A stretch of DNA of 64,000 bases from Eledone cirrhosa. Lineage: Eukaryota. Location of the stretch: contig OZ024740.1 of assembly GCA_964016885.1 (NCBI GenBank), positions 275,528,001 through 275,592,000 of the forward strand, written 5' to 3'. Below are positions 35,571 through 50,110 of the stretch, piece after piece. The notes beneath the pieces were generated by a model, which saw only the letters and a list, made by a program, of their open reading frames with translations, had not been told where the DNA came from and searched no databases. Position 1 is the stretch's first letter; the number at the start of each line of letters is the position of its first letter. The translations under genes were made by a program, and so were the position numbers.

Positions 35571-35867
35571 TTGCAGAATCCCCAAATACTTCATAAACAC
35601 ATTCACACATAAATGCACTTACATACATACACATGCACTAATACAACAAATGACATCATTGTGGTTGTATTGGTGATAGTAGTATTAGTAGTAGTGGTAG
35701 TAGTAGTATTAGCAGTAGCCAGACAATGATGGTGGTGGGTGGTAGGGAGCCTCATTCTCGTTGCTTGACCTGTCTGCTAAAAGTACCAACCAAATATCCC
35801 TCAAATCACACACCACTATTTCAGGAAAAAGGAAAGTACACAATATCTGAAGTAAATAGGATAATAA

Positions 35868-36065
35868 TGATTTCTATGATATGCACAAGGCCAGCAATTT
35901 TTGGAGAGGGGAAAGTCGATTAAATCGACCCCAGCATATCACTGGTACTTTATTTTATCCACACCCCTAAGGATGAAAGGCAAAGTTAAATTTGACAGGA
36001 TTTGAACTCAGAAGGCAAAGGGCCATAACTCTGTGCTGCAAAGCATGTTGTCCGACACGCTACCA
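35868..36065 (-). mobile_element. SINE family A variant with gtcgattaaatcgac hairpin insert
   Basis: Family A core with extra gagaggggaaagtcgattaaatcgacccc; similar copies at 49186-49405 and 55110-55250. Confidence 0.8.
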
Positions 36066-36398
36066 ATAATGGCTGGAATGTATTTGGTCATTGTTCAACT
36101 GAATCAGGCTTGAACTCGGGCTAGGCAACAACAACAATAGCAACAACAAATTTATTTTTTTCTAATTTACACACTCACCATCACCACAATGGCCAAAACC
36201 ACTGTCACCACCACCACAACCACAACCGCCACCACCACAACCACCAACACCACCACCACCATCATCATGACCACAACAACAATCCCAGAACATAGGAAAA
36301 AGATTGGTTGTCATGACTGGATTGTCTTTCATTGTAGGCTTGCTCAGTCAAGACTGACCCAGGGCTAAACAATAACAACAACCATCACCAATACTACC

Positions 36399-36614
36399 AC
36401 CTTTTGCATTTAAACCGACCGTATCCAGCCAGAATTCTCTCACCCCATTTCTGTTCAAACTGGCCATAACTGGCTGCTCATACTTATGTTAAGCTATTTT
36501 TCTCAAAATAAGCAACATGATCAAAATCGTATAGATTTGACATTATGTAAAATAAAATGTTTACCATGAAAATACAATAGAAAATATAGAGTCATGTAAA
36601 TAGTAAAGGGTTAA
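36399..36614 (-). mobile_element. piggyBac-like MITE (family D)
   Basis: Ends taaagggTTAA; internal match. Confidence 0.8.
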
Positions 36615-37486
36615 TGTCACTGCCAAAATAGCCCTTATTGTCATCACACTATTACTATTACTACTATCACCATCATCATTACTACTACTACTACCACTGT
36701 CACCATACCACCACAACTGTTACTAATACTATCACCACCATCATCAAATATCTTAACACTTGCTCTTGCCACTATCACAATAAACATCATCACTCTCATT
36801 AATAACAGAAACATTACCTCTTCCCTGCCCTCATCACCGTTACCAACAATCACAGTAAATCACAACATTATGAGCCAATGTGCGAGTCTCTCTATGGCTG
36901 TTACACCTACTAGAAACATCAGCTAAATCTACCTCAAATCCCACACTATTGTTTAAAAAGGACACATTGGTTAATGTAGTCGCAGATACACTTATGACTG
37001 AGTAAAGTATAGGATTGTCATAGGTGGAATACCTTCAATCATAGGACTTCTCAATCATGGAATCATGGCTCCCCTCAGGCTAAACAGCAAATTATACTAG
37101 TAAATATCTCCCTTCTCTTTTACCAACCTCACCATTGCTGCTATGACAAAGCTTATCTGAAGATAAACAACAACATACCACAATTCCATGGTTTTACTTT
37201 TATCCTTATATGCACAAGACCAACATCAGTACCAAAACGTCTAAACATTGACAGTATATAACTAACACCACAACATCAACCCCAAAACATTAGCATCACA
37301 ACATCAACACCTCAGCATCAACACCACAACACCCGTACTACAACATCAACACCACAACACCAACACCACAATATCAACACCAAATACCACACAACCACAA
37401 CACCAAATACCACACAACCAGAACATCAACAGCATTGTCAGCTCAAATACCCACTCACACATACTGTTATTATTACTACTACTATT

Positions 37487-37678
37487 AGGGCGGTGAATTG
37501 GCAGTATCGGTAGAGGGTTGGACGCCATGCTTTCTAGCATAGTTACGTCCCTTTACAGTCTGAGTTCAAATCCCGCCGAGGTTAACTTTGCCTTTCATCC
37601 TTACAGGGTCGATAAAATAAAGTACCAGTAATGTACTGGGTAATTGCTGGCCTTGTGCCTAATGTAGAAACAATTATT
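37487..37678 (+). mobile_element. SINE family A inserted in a (TAC)n tract
   Basis: Full consensus; attattactactactatta on both sides. Confidence 0.92.
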
Positions 37679-37733
37679 ACTACTACTATTACTGCTGTTA
37701 CTACTGATGCTGCTGCTGCTACTACTGATGCTG

Positions 37734-37781
<48 letters not shown>

Positions 37782-38475
37782 TATTCTAAGTGGGCACATA
37801 TCACTTCAAAGTGAACACACGTCAGATAAAAAGCAAGAATAGTGATTTTATAGTAAACTCATGTCACTTAACCAAAAGCTAAGCTTAGTGGATATAATTA
37901 GCCAAGAAAATACAATATATTTTCTCATAGAGAACATATAACAGAGAAGACTTTATCATTTGAAGAATACAATATTACAAGCAAAACAATAGAAAAGCTC
38001 ATTCTGTTGTAATGCATTGACAAAGAGCATCAAGTGGACATGGTCTAAAGAATATACAAGTGTCTAACATTACTTGCAGGCAGCTCAGGCACTGTTATAA
38101 CTGTGGATCTTTGCCATTACAATACTTATCCCTGAAAAAAATGGGAGATATTACAACCATATGATGAAATTTTTGCCTCAATTACTTGGCTGATAAAAAA
38201 CTCATAATTAACCAAAGCAAATCTACATTGTTGATTGTACAATTGATGTTATGATATTATATCTTCTCGTGAATAAATCTGTTTGTGCGCCTCCCTCTTA
38301 TCAGCATTCATTTCATACTTTCATACTTTCTGTTTGACTTTCAGTATGTCATAGTCAAATTTCTTTTATTCTAATCTCATTTTGATATCAGTTATCTCAC
38401 TTTGAAGCAACAAGGTCTCACTTTGGAATTATATAACCTCACATAGAAACTTAGAACTTAGAATTACAAATACTT

Positions 38476-38529
<54 letters not shown>

Positions 38530-38858
38530 CACTACCTAATATTTACTCTCTCACACACACGCTACCACATCATTACTATCCCTGTCTCCACCACATCCCT
38601 ACTGTCAACACTTCTCTCAGTTTTACCCTAATGTTCCCTCTCCACTCTAACACACCCACAATCAACACAGTCCAAGAGCCAAAGAGATAGCACCTTTGTG
38701 CTTACTCAATCTGCTAGAAATAGTTGCCAAATCTTTCTCAAATCTCAACCTGCAGTTTTAAAAAATTTATGCTGGATAATATTACCTGAAGTTTCTTGCA
38801 TATAGGAAGGAGACAGGATGGTCACAGTTGGAGTGCTATTGATCATAGGTTAGTAGTG

Positions 38859-39192
38859 AAGGCACATGGCTTAGTGGTTACAGCATTGGGCTTGCAATCG
38901 AAAGGTTGTGAGTTTGATTCTCGGACCGGATGATGTGTTGTGTCCTTGAGCAAGACACTTTTTTTCCCGTTGCTCCAGTTTACTCAGCTGTAGAAATGAG
39001 TTGCAATGCCACTGGTGCCAAGCTGTATTGGCCATTGCCTTATCTTTGGACAACATCGGTGGCGTGGAAAGGAGAGGCTGGTATGCATGGCTGACTGCTG
39101 GTCTTCCACAAACAACCTTGCCTGGACTTGTGCCTCAGAAAGGAACTTTCTAGGTGCAAATCACATGGTCATTTGTGACCAAAGAGGGTCTT
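38859..39192 (+). mobile_element. SINE family B head with an alternative 3' body
   Basis: Head matches 18372 up to cagctgtagaaatgag, then an unrelated 190-bp body. Confidence 0.85.
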
Positions 39193-39507
39193 CAAGTTCA
39201 ATCAGGGTTGACATGTGGCTCAGCAACAATGACACTCACGACCCTTGATCTAAAGAGAGAACTTCTACCCAAATCACACTTCTCTATCTTAGAAATGCAA
39301 AGACATACTGGATAATATAAATCTAGATACTGATAAAAAAAGGATGAGATAGTCATGGATGGGAAGCCTTCGATTAAGGTCTCTTCAGTCTGAGTTGACC
39401 AAGGGCTAAACAACAGCAATAAGTGTGTTCTCTTTTACATGGTCCATGCCCCTTTATCAATACTATACACAACATTGTGAATACCAACATCTCTCTCATT
39501 ATCTTAT

Positions 39508-39615
39508 TAGCTGAGGTTGACTTTGCCTTTCATCCTTACGTGGTCGATAAAATAAAGTACCAGTAATGCACTGGGTATTTGCTGGCCTTGTGCCTAAAGT
39601 AGAAACAATTATTAT
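39508..39615 (+). mobile_element. SINE family A 3' half
   Basis: gctgaggttgactttgcctttcatcc...gtagaaacaattattat. Confidence 0.88.
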
Positions 39616-39979
39616 TGACTTCTTCAACTTTTCCTTTCTGTGCTATCAGATCAACAAATGATGCCTAATGACTTCTTTTATTAATGATATATGATTATCA
39701 TGAAATCTTCATGGAAGGATACAAATGGGACTCCTTTCTCCCATTTCCTTTCCTCATGTATTTTGTGACAAGACAACACCATGTGACTAGATAGAGTGAT
39801 GGACCCCACATTTGTCTGGATACTTAGAATGTAAAGAGTTGAAATAAAAACCACAAAGAATTTTGTCCCAATCTAAAACCAATTCTGCCAATTCACCACC
39901 CAGGACTGGCATTATACTTTATTGACTTCTGAATGATAAAAGACAAAGTTAACCATAGCAAGTATTGAGCTCATTAGGT

Positions 39980-40358
39980 TCGATGGTTAGCTGAAAATAT
40001 CATAGACTGACAAAGATTCTCTCATGGAAAGGGATATGATGAAAGGATGAGAGGATAAAGAAAACAGAGAGAAGAAGGAGAGTAAGAGGAAAAGAAGTAT
40101 GTTTACTACTTGCTCTAATAGTGATGAGGATATTGTTCAGTTTTGTTGTTGATCAACCACTCTAAGATTAAAGACATTCCAGGCATGACCATCCCATATT
40201 TTCCTTATGTGCATTGAATGAGAGTATCTTGGTCAACTTATGAATGGGAAAGAAACAATGTAGTTATTAAGAAGAGTTGAAATTAATGCACACAAGATTT
40301 CACAGATCTAGCATCATTCCTTTATAGTCAGTCTATTGTCTTTTCAGCCGACCCTTGC
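39980..40358 (+). mobile_element. Mariner-type MITE (family E) with internal templated insertion
   Basis: Both decayed TIRs present; centre replaced by a copy of 40794-40971 and an inverted MITE piece. Confidence 0.75.
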
Positions 40359-40681
40359 AAAGAACTTCAACAAATACCACAAGGCATTTTCTGTCATTCT
40401 AACAACTCTGACAGTTTGCCTACTAAGTTCATCATCACTTTCGATATTGAGATCAATGCCTTCATTGCACACATTACCTCTCCATCGTCATCACTAAGAC
40501 CACCACCAACATCACCATTGCTACTACATGGCCAAATGCTACTCTACTATAACCACTGCTATCACTACAAATAATACAGCTATACTGTGGAGGGACAATG
40601 CTGCCTGCTGTCTGACATTCAATACCTTTTGTAGGGTAAGCTATTGTGTAATTTAATGCCACAACATAAACTATGTCTATC

Positions 40682-40798
<117 letters not shown>

Positions 40799-41178
40799 GA
40801 AAGGCTGAGAGGATAAAGAAAATAGAGTGAAGAAGGAGAGTAAGAGAAAAAGAAGCATGGTTACTGCTTGCTATGATAGTGGTGAGGGAGTTGTTTACGT
40901 TTGTTGTTGTTCAATGAAACTAAGATCAAAGACATTCCAGGCATGACCATCCCATATTTTCCTTATGTGCAGGGAAATTATATTCTGTGTGGTTTTAAGA
41001 TGATTTGAAGGAGATTTGGTTATGATGTCTACCAGATCAAACAACCACATAGGGTCTCGATTATTGTTTCTGCTATTGAAGTGCAGTGTTTGTTATATAG
41101 ATTGTATCAAAATAAATCATCTGATTTCAAAAGGCTATATTTTAAAAACAAATGACTATATAATCATGCAGTAAATTA

Positions 41179-41700
41179 TCTATATATATAAAACTGAGGA
41201 TGTCTGTCTTTGTGTGTGTCTGTGAGTTTGAATCCCTAAAACTCGAGAAGTACCTAACCCATTTTTTTCAAGCTTTACATGACTATTACTTATGTTTCAG
41301 TGAGTGTTATGCAACTTTTTGATCCCCTAGGGCCCGCATTAGATGAAAACTGCGTTTTTTCAGCTCTTTAGGGGTTTTTTGAGGTGTTACATCAGACCGA
41401 TTTCCTTGAAATTGTAACTATGTATTAGTCAGTCTCTTCTTCATACCGTGAGCAAAGAAAATCCAACTTTTTCATGACCTAGGGCCCTCATTAGGTGAAA
41501 AACTTCATTTTTTCAGCTTTTTAGGTGTTTTTTTAGGTATTACGTCTAGCCGATTTTCCTGAAATGTCAAGGCATATTATGCACATAAAAAAAATTCATT
41601 TTCTTGATCCCCTAGGGCCCGCATTAGGTGAAAACCTGCATTTTTTCTGCTTCATCGAGGAAAATCTTAAAGATTATCGAGCCATCAGAGTATTCGGTTT
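41179..41700 (+). mobile_element. Probable non-autonomous Helitron 5' region with internal tandem subrepeats
   Basis: a/TCtatatatataaaa start followed by a tgtctgt microsatellite; cctagggccc.cattag.tgaaaa three times (about 41327, 41478, 41611); 3' CTRR end not located. Confidence 0.55.
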
Positions 41701-42435
41701 ATTTTCTTTACATATTGTCCAGGCATGCAGTTTTTCCACAATTAGGTCTGTTGGCGACCCGCATTCCAAAATACCTTATCCTGGTACCACTGCTATAGTA
41801 CAATATATATCTGAATATAAAGGTTTATTCATTATTATAACTTTTATAAATTTTCATAATGTTATTTACAATATTTCAGTCTACTTCATGAGGCTGACCT
41901 TGCAACAAAAAGTGTAGACATACGGAGGAGTGATGCTAGATCTGATGCTAAATCTTGTGTGCATTAATTTCAACTCTTCTTAATAACTACATTGTTTCTT
42001 TCCCATTCATAGGTTGACTAAGATACTCTCATTCAATGCACATAAGGAAAATATGGGATGGCCATGCCTGGAATGTCTTTAATCTTAGAGTGGTTGAACA
42101 ATAACAAAACTGAACAATATCCTCACCACTATTAGAGCAAGCAGTAAACATATTTCTTTTTTTTTTACTCTCCTTCTTCTCTCTGTTTTCTTTATCCTTT
42201 CATCCTTTCAGTCTACTTCATGATGCTGACCTTGCAACAAAAAGTGCTGTGTGTCCGGATGAGGGCATATTAAGCATTTGTAAAAATTGTAAATAAAAAA
42301 TTATATTCAGACATATATTGTACAAGTTATCGTATGATTATGTTTATTTGTTTCAAAAATATAACCTTTTAAAATTGGAGGATACATTTTAATAAAATCC
42401 TCTATAGTGAATTTCTTTAAGTGCTCCCAATATAG

Positions 42436-42880
42436 GGAGACATGTGGACATGTGGTAAAGGTGTTGGCCTTACAATCATAATGTTATGGGTTCGATTCCT
42501 GGGCTAGTTTGTGTGTTATGTCCTTGAGCAAAACACTTTATTTCACATTGCTCCAGTATATTCAGCTAAAGATGAGTACCAGCAATAGATGGGGTTTAAC
42601 CTTGCAATGGGCTGGCATCCTGTTCAGGGTGGAGTCTTGTACTCTCAATTGATTCCCACCACAAAACTGAGATAAACTCCAGCCTAACAACGCTTCTGGC
42701 CAGAGTGGGATTTACATATAAGCTAAACAAGCTATAGCTTAGGGCCCCCACACAAAAAACAGCGACAATTTGTTGCTGACATAGGACATCTGGACATATA
42801 AAGGGCCCCATTATCTCAAATAACTTAGGGCCTCATCAAATTTAAATCTGTCCCTGCTTCTGACTTAAGACAGAATTTGG
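42436..42880 (+). mobile_element. SINE family B-related element with a third 3' body; relatives at 43248-43518 (+) and 49838-50110 (-)
   Basis: ggttcgattcc B box, tccttgagcaaaacactttatttcacattgctcc, then gggtttaaccttgcaatgggctggcatcctgttcaggg. Confidence 0.8.
42701..42856. mobile_element. hAT-type MITE inserted in the SINE tail
   Basis: TIRs cagagtgggattta / taaatctgtccctg; 8-bp TSD cttctggc (42693-42700) / cttctgac (42857-42864). Confidence 0.8.
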
Positions 42881-44940
42881 TCCTAATAATGACAAATTTA
42901 AATGAGTTGTTATTTTTAGCTGTTTATATTACAACTCCTTTGTTGTTCCATAATTCCAATATTTCCATATTTACTATAAGATTTATTTCTTCCATCTAGC
43001 ATCTGGCACATTCTCTGCTAGCCTGCTTTTTGTCCATTGCTTGATACTTGTCCTTTAACAGACATAATACTCTCTTTCCAGGCAATTTCCACACAATTTA
43101 CCTCACACCATCTTAAAGGTGTCTTATTGTTATTTCTGTTTGGCCTGAAGTCATCCCTTATTGAGCATATCTATGATCAAAAAGTTTCCAGCCTGCATTT
43201 TCTTTTTTCAGAAAGTTTATAGAAGACCATAGAATCTAATGTCTGTAGGGGCCTTGTGATAAGGGTGTTGGACTTAGGATCATTTTCATGGGTTTGATTC
43301 CTAGGCTGCGTTGTGTATTGTATTCTTGAGTAAAACACTTCATTTTACATTGCTCAGAATACTCAGCTGAACATGAGTAACAGCAATAGATGGGGATTTA
43401 ACTTTGTGATTGACTGGTGTCTTGTCCAGGAGTGTGTTTTGTACACCCAGTTGCTTCATGCCACAAAAACTGGGACAAGCACCAGCCAGATGAGCCTCCG
43501 GACTCGAGACAGATTTTAGACACTATCTAATGTGTACTTTCTTTTCTTAAGATTTCGCTTTGGAGGTAAAATTTGTTTTGAATTAATATGGCCTTCAAAA
43601 TGGTTGGATTAGGTAGTGGAGTTGTGAAACAAAAGCTATGCACTAAACTAAAAATATTTTAAATATTAAAATATTAAAACTTTGAATTTCAAAACGACAC
43701 TATCTATACATAATGTGTTGATTAGCTGCCTCAGCTCATTCAAGGGGTTTGAAGTTTCACCTATTTCTCAGACATAACATAGTTAGATGGCTTATATTCA
43801 GATCAGCTTATATTTGTTTTGTTTTGTTTTAAATCTGAGAGTGAGCGAAAGAGAGTTTAAGTGAAAAGTAAAGAGGATACAAAAGCATTGTTTGAAGGGA
43901 ATATATTTCATCTTTTTCTTCTGTTTTTATTATAATCAGTTGGAGAGAATCAGTTTCTTACTGTATATATAAGTATTTCATTTTTGATTAGGTAAAAATA
44001 TATAGAATAAGTAGTCCAAAACAGGTAGAGAAAGAGACACAGGGAGAGATCAAATAAGGAGGCAAAGAAAAAAAAGGCAGGAGTAACATTGGACTTTCTC
44101 AATTCCTTATCCTAGAGAAATTAGGTTATATCATATGTGTAGCTAATTACTATGTGTGTGACCAAGTCTGTGTTGAAAAAATAAAGATGAGGTGTTTTGC
44201 AAAATATCATAACCCAGGGATTCAATAAATATAAATTGATAAAATAAGGTCCTGACTAAACTAAGAACTAGGGTGAATGTGGTCAAATAATCATTTGAAG
44301 TCCATGTCTCAGCATGATTACAGTCCAATGTCTGCAGCCAGTAAAAGAATGAAAACATAAAACAAAAAACAAAGATGAAGAATTTCTACAAAGTTGGATG
44401 GAACGTAGAAGTCACAGACTTTCCTCTTGGGGGGTTTTATTGATGTAAAGAAAAAATAATATAAGGTAGAAACAAGATGCCATGGCAGTTAAAGCTTTTG
44501 TTGTTATTTCTTTACCTATGTTAAACAATGTATTTTCTTACATTGGTACACAATTACACACACACAGAGCATCATATTTATATAATGAGCTGGAGAAGAA
44601 AACAGAAGTCATAACCAACTTCTAGGTACTTTACCTGTGAGCATTGGCAACGAAAGCAAACTGGGTCGTGAACCTACTCTGCTGAGTTTAGCAAGAATTT
44701 ACCCCAACCCTACTCTCCACTCCCCTATAAACTATAAAAACATATAAATGTACATTGACACACATACAAATATATGCATGGAAACGTGTGTGTGTGTACT
44801 TACATTCATATATGTATATATATATGTATATATATATATGTATGTATATATATGTGTACATATATATGTATTTATATATATATAAACGGAAAAAATGAAA
44901 CGAAATTTCATTTCCCACTCTTAGTACGGCTGTTACTTTA

Positions 44941-45405
44941 ATATAAGTATGTACACGTACATACATATATGTATACAGACGTACAGTAGTATGTATATAT
45001 ATATATACATACATGCACACATATATATATGTACGTATGGATTCACCGAACATTTATTATAATGCTCTGTGTGTTTGTAAACAAACATCCCATATTAAGC
45101 TGTAGTGTCTAGCAACCATCGTTGCTCGTTTGTTCAACCCTGACAAAGAAACGCTGTTCTAGTTTCAAGCTAAGATTATTAGCTATCGTCAGCAATGTTG
45201 CTATCGATAGCTAATAAGCTGATGATAGCTAATAAGCTTGAAACTAGTACATTGTAAACAATGTTTGTTTACAAAGACACCGAGCATTATAATAAATGTT
45301 CGGTGAATCCATACTTACATATATATATATGTGTGCAAGTATGTATATATATATATATACATATTATTGTACGTCTGTATACATATATGTATGTACATGT
45401 ACATA

Positions 45406-45412
<7 letters not shown>
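44941..45412. repeat. Long inverted repeat with about 150-bp arms and a nested inner hairpin
   Basis: gtatggattcaccgaacatttattataatgctc.gtgt.tttgtaaacaaacat / atgtttgtttacaaagacaccgagcattataataaatgttcggtgaatccatac. Confidence 0.9.
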
Positions 45413-45449
<37 letters not shown>

Positions 45450-45501
45450 TATATGTATGTACATATATATATTTATATATATGTGTATATATATATATAT
45501 A

Positions 45502-46227
45502 TGGGTGCATAAAAGATGTAGTGGGATCACAGGTAAGCTAATTAAGAACATAGATTTTACATGTGGCCGGTGCTCTGGTGCAATAAGTAGCGGCAAGTGC
45601 CCACAAACTACTAGCTCTTTCAATTGCGCAGAAGGTTCTATAGAAATAGTGGACAGCTTCCGTTACCTGGGCGATAAAATCAGCAGTGGGGGAGGGTGCT
45701 CTGAAAGTACTGTAGCTAGAGTCAGAACTGGTTGGAAAAAGTTCAGAGAGCTTATACCACTATTAGCTGCTAAAGGGTTCTCACTAAAAATGAAAGGCAG
45801 GTTGTACGATGCCTGCATACGAACAGCAATGCTGCATGGCAGTGAGACCTGGGCATTGTGTGCAGAGGATATACGCAGACTAGAGAGGAACGAAGCTTGC
45901 ATGCTCCGCTGGATGTGTAACAGTAATATACGTGAACGGCAAAGCATAAACGAACTAAGGAAAAAATTAGAGATAAGAGGGATCAGATGTTGTTTACTCG
46001 AGAGAAGGCTACGTTGGTATGGACACGTGATGCGCATGAAAGTCGATAGCTGTATAACAAAGTGCAGGGCAATAAAGATAGACGGTAGTCACGGAATAGG
46101 CAGACCTAGAAAAACCTGGGACGAGCTGATAAACTCCGACATCACACACTTACACCTCTCCAAGACAATGTCACTGGACCGAGACCTTTGGCGGTACTCA
46201 GTAACAGAGAAGACCCGCCTTACCTAA
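45502..46227 (+). pseudogene. 5'-truncated RTE/BovB-like LINE ORF2 C-terminus, reading frame still open
   Basis: WVHKRCSG...FTCGRCSG...VDSFRYLGD...[20 protein letters not shown]...[11 protein letters not shown]...GRPRKTW; the N-terminal part of the listed 298-aa ORF is microsatellite. Confidence 0.93.
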
Positions 46228-46336
46228 ATATATAGTAAAACCTACTCCAGCCAGTAGGCATCTCTAACAAAATACACCCCGTCCCACCACCACCACCCCC
46301 ACCCCATCCACACCACCCCGTTCTATGTAAAGTTAT

Positions 46337-46623
46337 GTTGGTGCCGCGCCATCGAGGCCGAAACAAATGAGATCGTGTAGGTGTCACGACAAAAAAACAC
46401 ACAGTCCACGCTGTAATGTGGCCGTGTAGGCAACACGGTAAAAACCTCCCAGACCCACACTGTAAATGTGGTTGGTGTTAGGAAGGGCATCCAACTGTAG
46501 AAAACCTGCCAGACAGTCCTATGCGAGCAAGACAATCACTCTTGCCTCAAGTGGGACTACCCCCGTCCAAACCCATGCAAGCGTGGAACACGGACGTTAA
46601 ACGTTGATGATGATGATGATGAT
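46337..46623 (+). mobile_element. Young RTE-tailed element (family C)
   Basis: Ends aacccatgcaagcgtgg...gacgttaaacgttgatgatg; near-identical inverted copy at 63713-64000. Confidence 0.9.
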
Positions 46624-47261
46624 AATGATATATATATATATAAGTGTGCATATGTATGTATATCATCATCATCATCATCATCATATATATACACACTCAT
46701 ACATACATACATACATATTTACATACACATACATACACACATATATACACTCATGTATATACTATACCAAAACAGGAGCAACAATGTGGGGATATTGTAA
46801 AGCCTTCAAAGGAAAGTAATGAATACCTTGTGTAATGTGTAATAATAAAGGTATTCCCAACATTCACATTCAGGAGCTCTATCTTTCACTTTTCTCCCTC
46901 TTCCCCCTTCCTTCCTTCCTTCCTTCCTTCCTTCCTTCCTTCCTTCCTTCCTTCCTTCCTCTTTATTTCTCCAACCCCCTTTTATATCTCTCTCTCTCTC
47001 CTTACCCATTCTCTCCCTACTTCTCTTCTGACTGTTGAAGTGTTGATGTTGTAACTCAACACAACCAGCATGACAGAGGAACCTTCAACTTTGCTTGTCT
47101 GTGTGTAGTAAAGGTCTGCAGCATATGTTCTCAGTTCTGGTGCCATTGTGAATTAATTTGATATATTACTGTCAGCCAGAGAACCAATAGTGTGGATAAG
47201 TTGTCAATGGAGAGGCTTGTTACTTTGTTGCATATCTGCTCTAAATTCTGAAAGAGTGAGT

Positions 47262-48260
<999 letters not shown>

Positions 48261-48758
48261 GTCATTGAATGAATATGTGTGTTTTGTGTTTCGTATATGT
48301 AGTAAGTATTGCACTCCATGAAAAGAACTTTACCTAACCCACTTCAAGCAGAGCTGATGCCTTACTTTCGGTAGGGGTAGAGGGTGGATACTTCTGAAAT
48401 GTGATAAATTCCCAAATCCATCAATGAAACTGGGAACGTAATACATTTTTCTCACCCCATTCTTCCCCAACCCTCAACCCCTATCAGCCAGCAAAAACAA
48501 AATAAAAAAAAAATTTCCCCACCCATATTCTTCCACCAACACCGTAACCATCATCCCCACTGCAGTCTATCTATGCAAACCAATTGGGGGTCTGGTTATT
48601 TACTTTATTTCTGAAACCAAGTATATCTCTGTTAGACACCACTAATAATACCTACCCAAACCCACCAACCAACCCACACCACCACCATCACCACAGTCAG
48701 CGTCATCACCTAGGCCCTTAAGGTGCTAGTGTTGAATAAAAAAAAAATGAAAGATAAA

Positions 48759-48952
48759 TAATTGTTTCTACTTTTGGCACAAGGCCAGCAATTATCCCAG
48801 TGTATTACTGGTACTTTATGTTATCGACCCCCGTAAGGATGAAAGGCAAAGTTAACCTCGCCAGGATTTGAACTCAGACCATAAAGGTGCGTAACCCTTT
48901 GCTGCAAAGCAGGGCATCCAACCCTCTACCGATACTGCCAATCCACCGCCCT
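48759..48952 (-). mobile_element. SINE family A with 15-bp TSD
   Basis: tgaaagataaataat / tgaaaaataaataat flanks. Confidence 0.9.
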
Positions 48953-48977
48953 TGAAAAATAAATAATCTCATTGAAA

Positions 48978-49032
<55 letters not shown>

Positions 49033-49072
49033 CGTAGTAGTAGTAGCAGCAGCAGCAGCAGCAGAGCAGCAG

Positions 49073-49104
<32 letters not shown>

Positions 49105-49117
49105 TAGTAGCAGCAGC

Positions 49118-49150
<33 letters not shown>
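48978..49150. repeat. Compound (AGT)n/(AGC)n microsatellite
   Basis: Direct reading. Confidence 0.97.
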
Positions 49151-49151
<1 letters not shown>

Positions 49152-49837
49152 AAATAAAGACATATTGGTTAAGATAGTCACTGAAATAATGGTTTCTCAT
49201 TTAGGCACAAGGTGAACAATTTGGGGGAGGGTAAAATCGATTAAATCGATCCCAGTGTGTTACTGGGGTGTTATTTTATTGGCTGTAAGTATGAAATGCA
49301 AAGCTAACTTCAGCAGAATTTGAATTCAGAACATGAAGGGCCCTAGCTATTAGCTGCAAAGGATGTTGGCCAATGCTCTACTGATTCAGTCAATGCACTG
49401 CCCTCTGGTCACTGAAATTATAATGAAATTGTGATAATAAAAATCATGATGATTTCTATCATAGGCCCAAAGCTATACATTTCAAGGATGTACATTGTCA
49501 ATTAAATTGATTCAAATACTTGATTGCTTTTTTATATTGTTGTTCTGTGTCACTAGATGAAGAAAGGGTAAAGTCAACCTTGGAAGCCTTAGAACTAGGT
49601 ACCTAAAGAACTGTCAGTAAAAGCCATAAAGCATTCCGTCCAATTTTTAACCCTTTAGGAATTAGCATTGGGTTGTCTTGATAACTGCTTATGAGTGAGA
49701 AACAGGACTGTCAATTACAGTTACTGGCAATGCAGTTATTGATAAGAGATGCATGGAAGATTTCACACCTCTAGCATTATTCCTTCATAGTCAGCCTATG
49801 GACTTTTTAGCCAACCCATGTACATACTAAAAGTCTA

Positions 49838-50110
49838 AAGTCTGTCTTAAGCCAGAAGGCTCATTTGGCCGGTGCTTATCCCGGTTTCATGGCGTGAAGC
49901 GACTGAGAGTACAAGACACCCACCTGGACAGGACGCCAGTCCATCACAGGATTAAACCTCCAGCTATTGCTAGTACTCATTTTCAGCTGAGTATACTGGA
50001 GCTGCGTGAAATGAAGTGTTTTGCTCAAGAACACAACACGCAACCCAGGATTCAAACCCACGACATTATGATCGTATGTCCCACACCCTTACCACTAGGC
50101 CACGTGCCTC
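49838..50110 (-). mobile_element. tRNA SINE, family B-related, full length
   Basis: Minus-strand head ggaggcacgtggcctagtggtaaggg...ggtttgaatcc; same body as the 42436 copy. Confidence 0.85.

Noticed and set aside
45331-46227. 298-aa ORF as a host gene
   Set aside because: N-terminus is microsatellite; the remainder is a truncated RTE ORF2 lacking endonuclease and RT catalytic core
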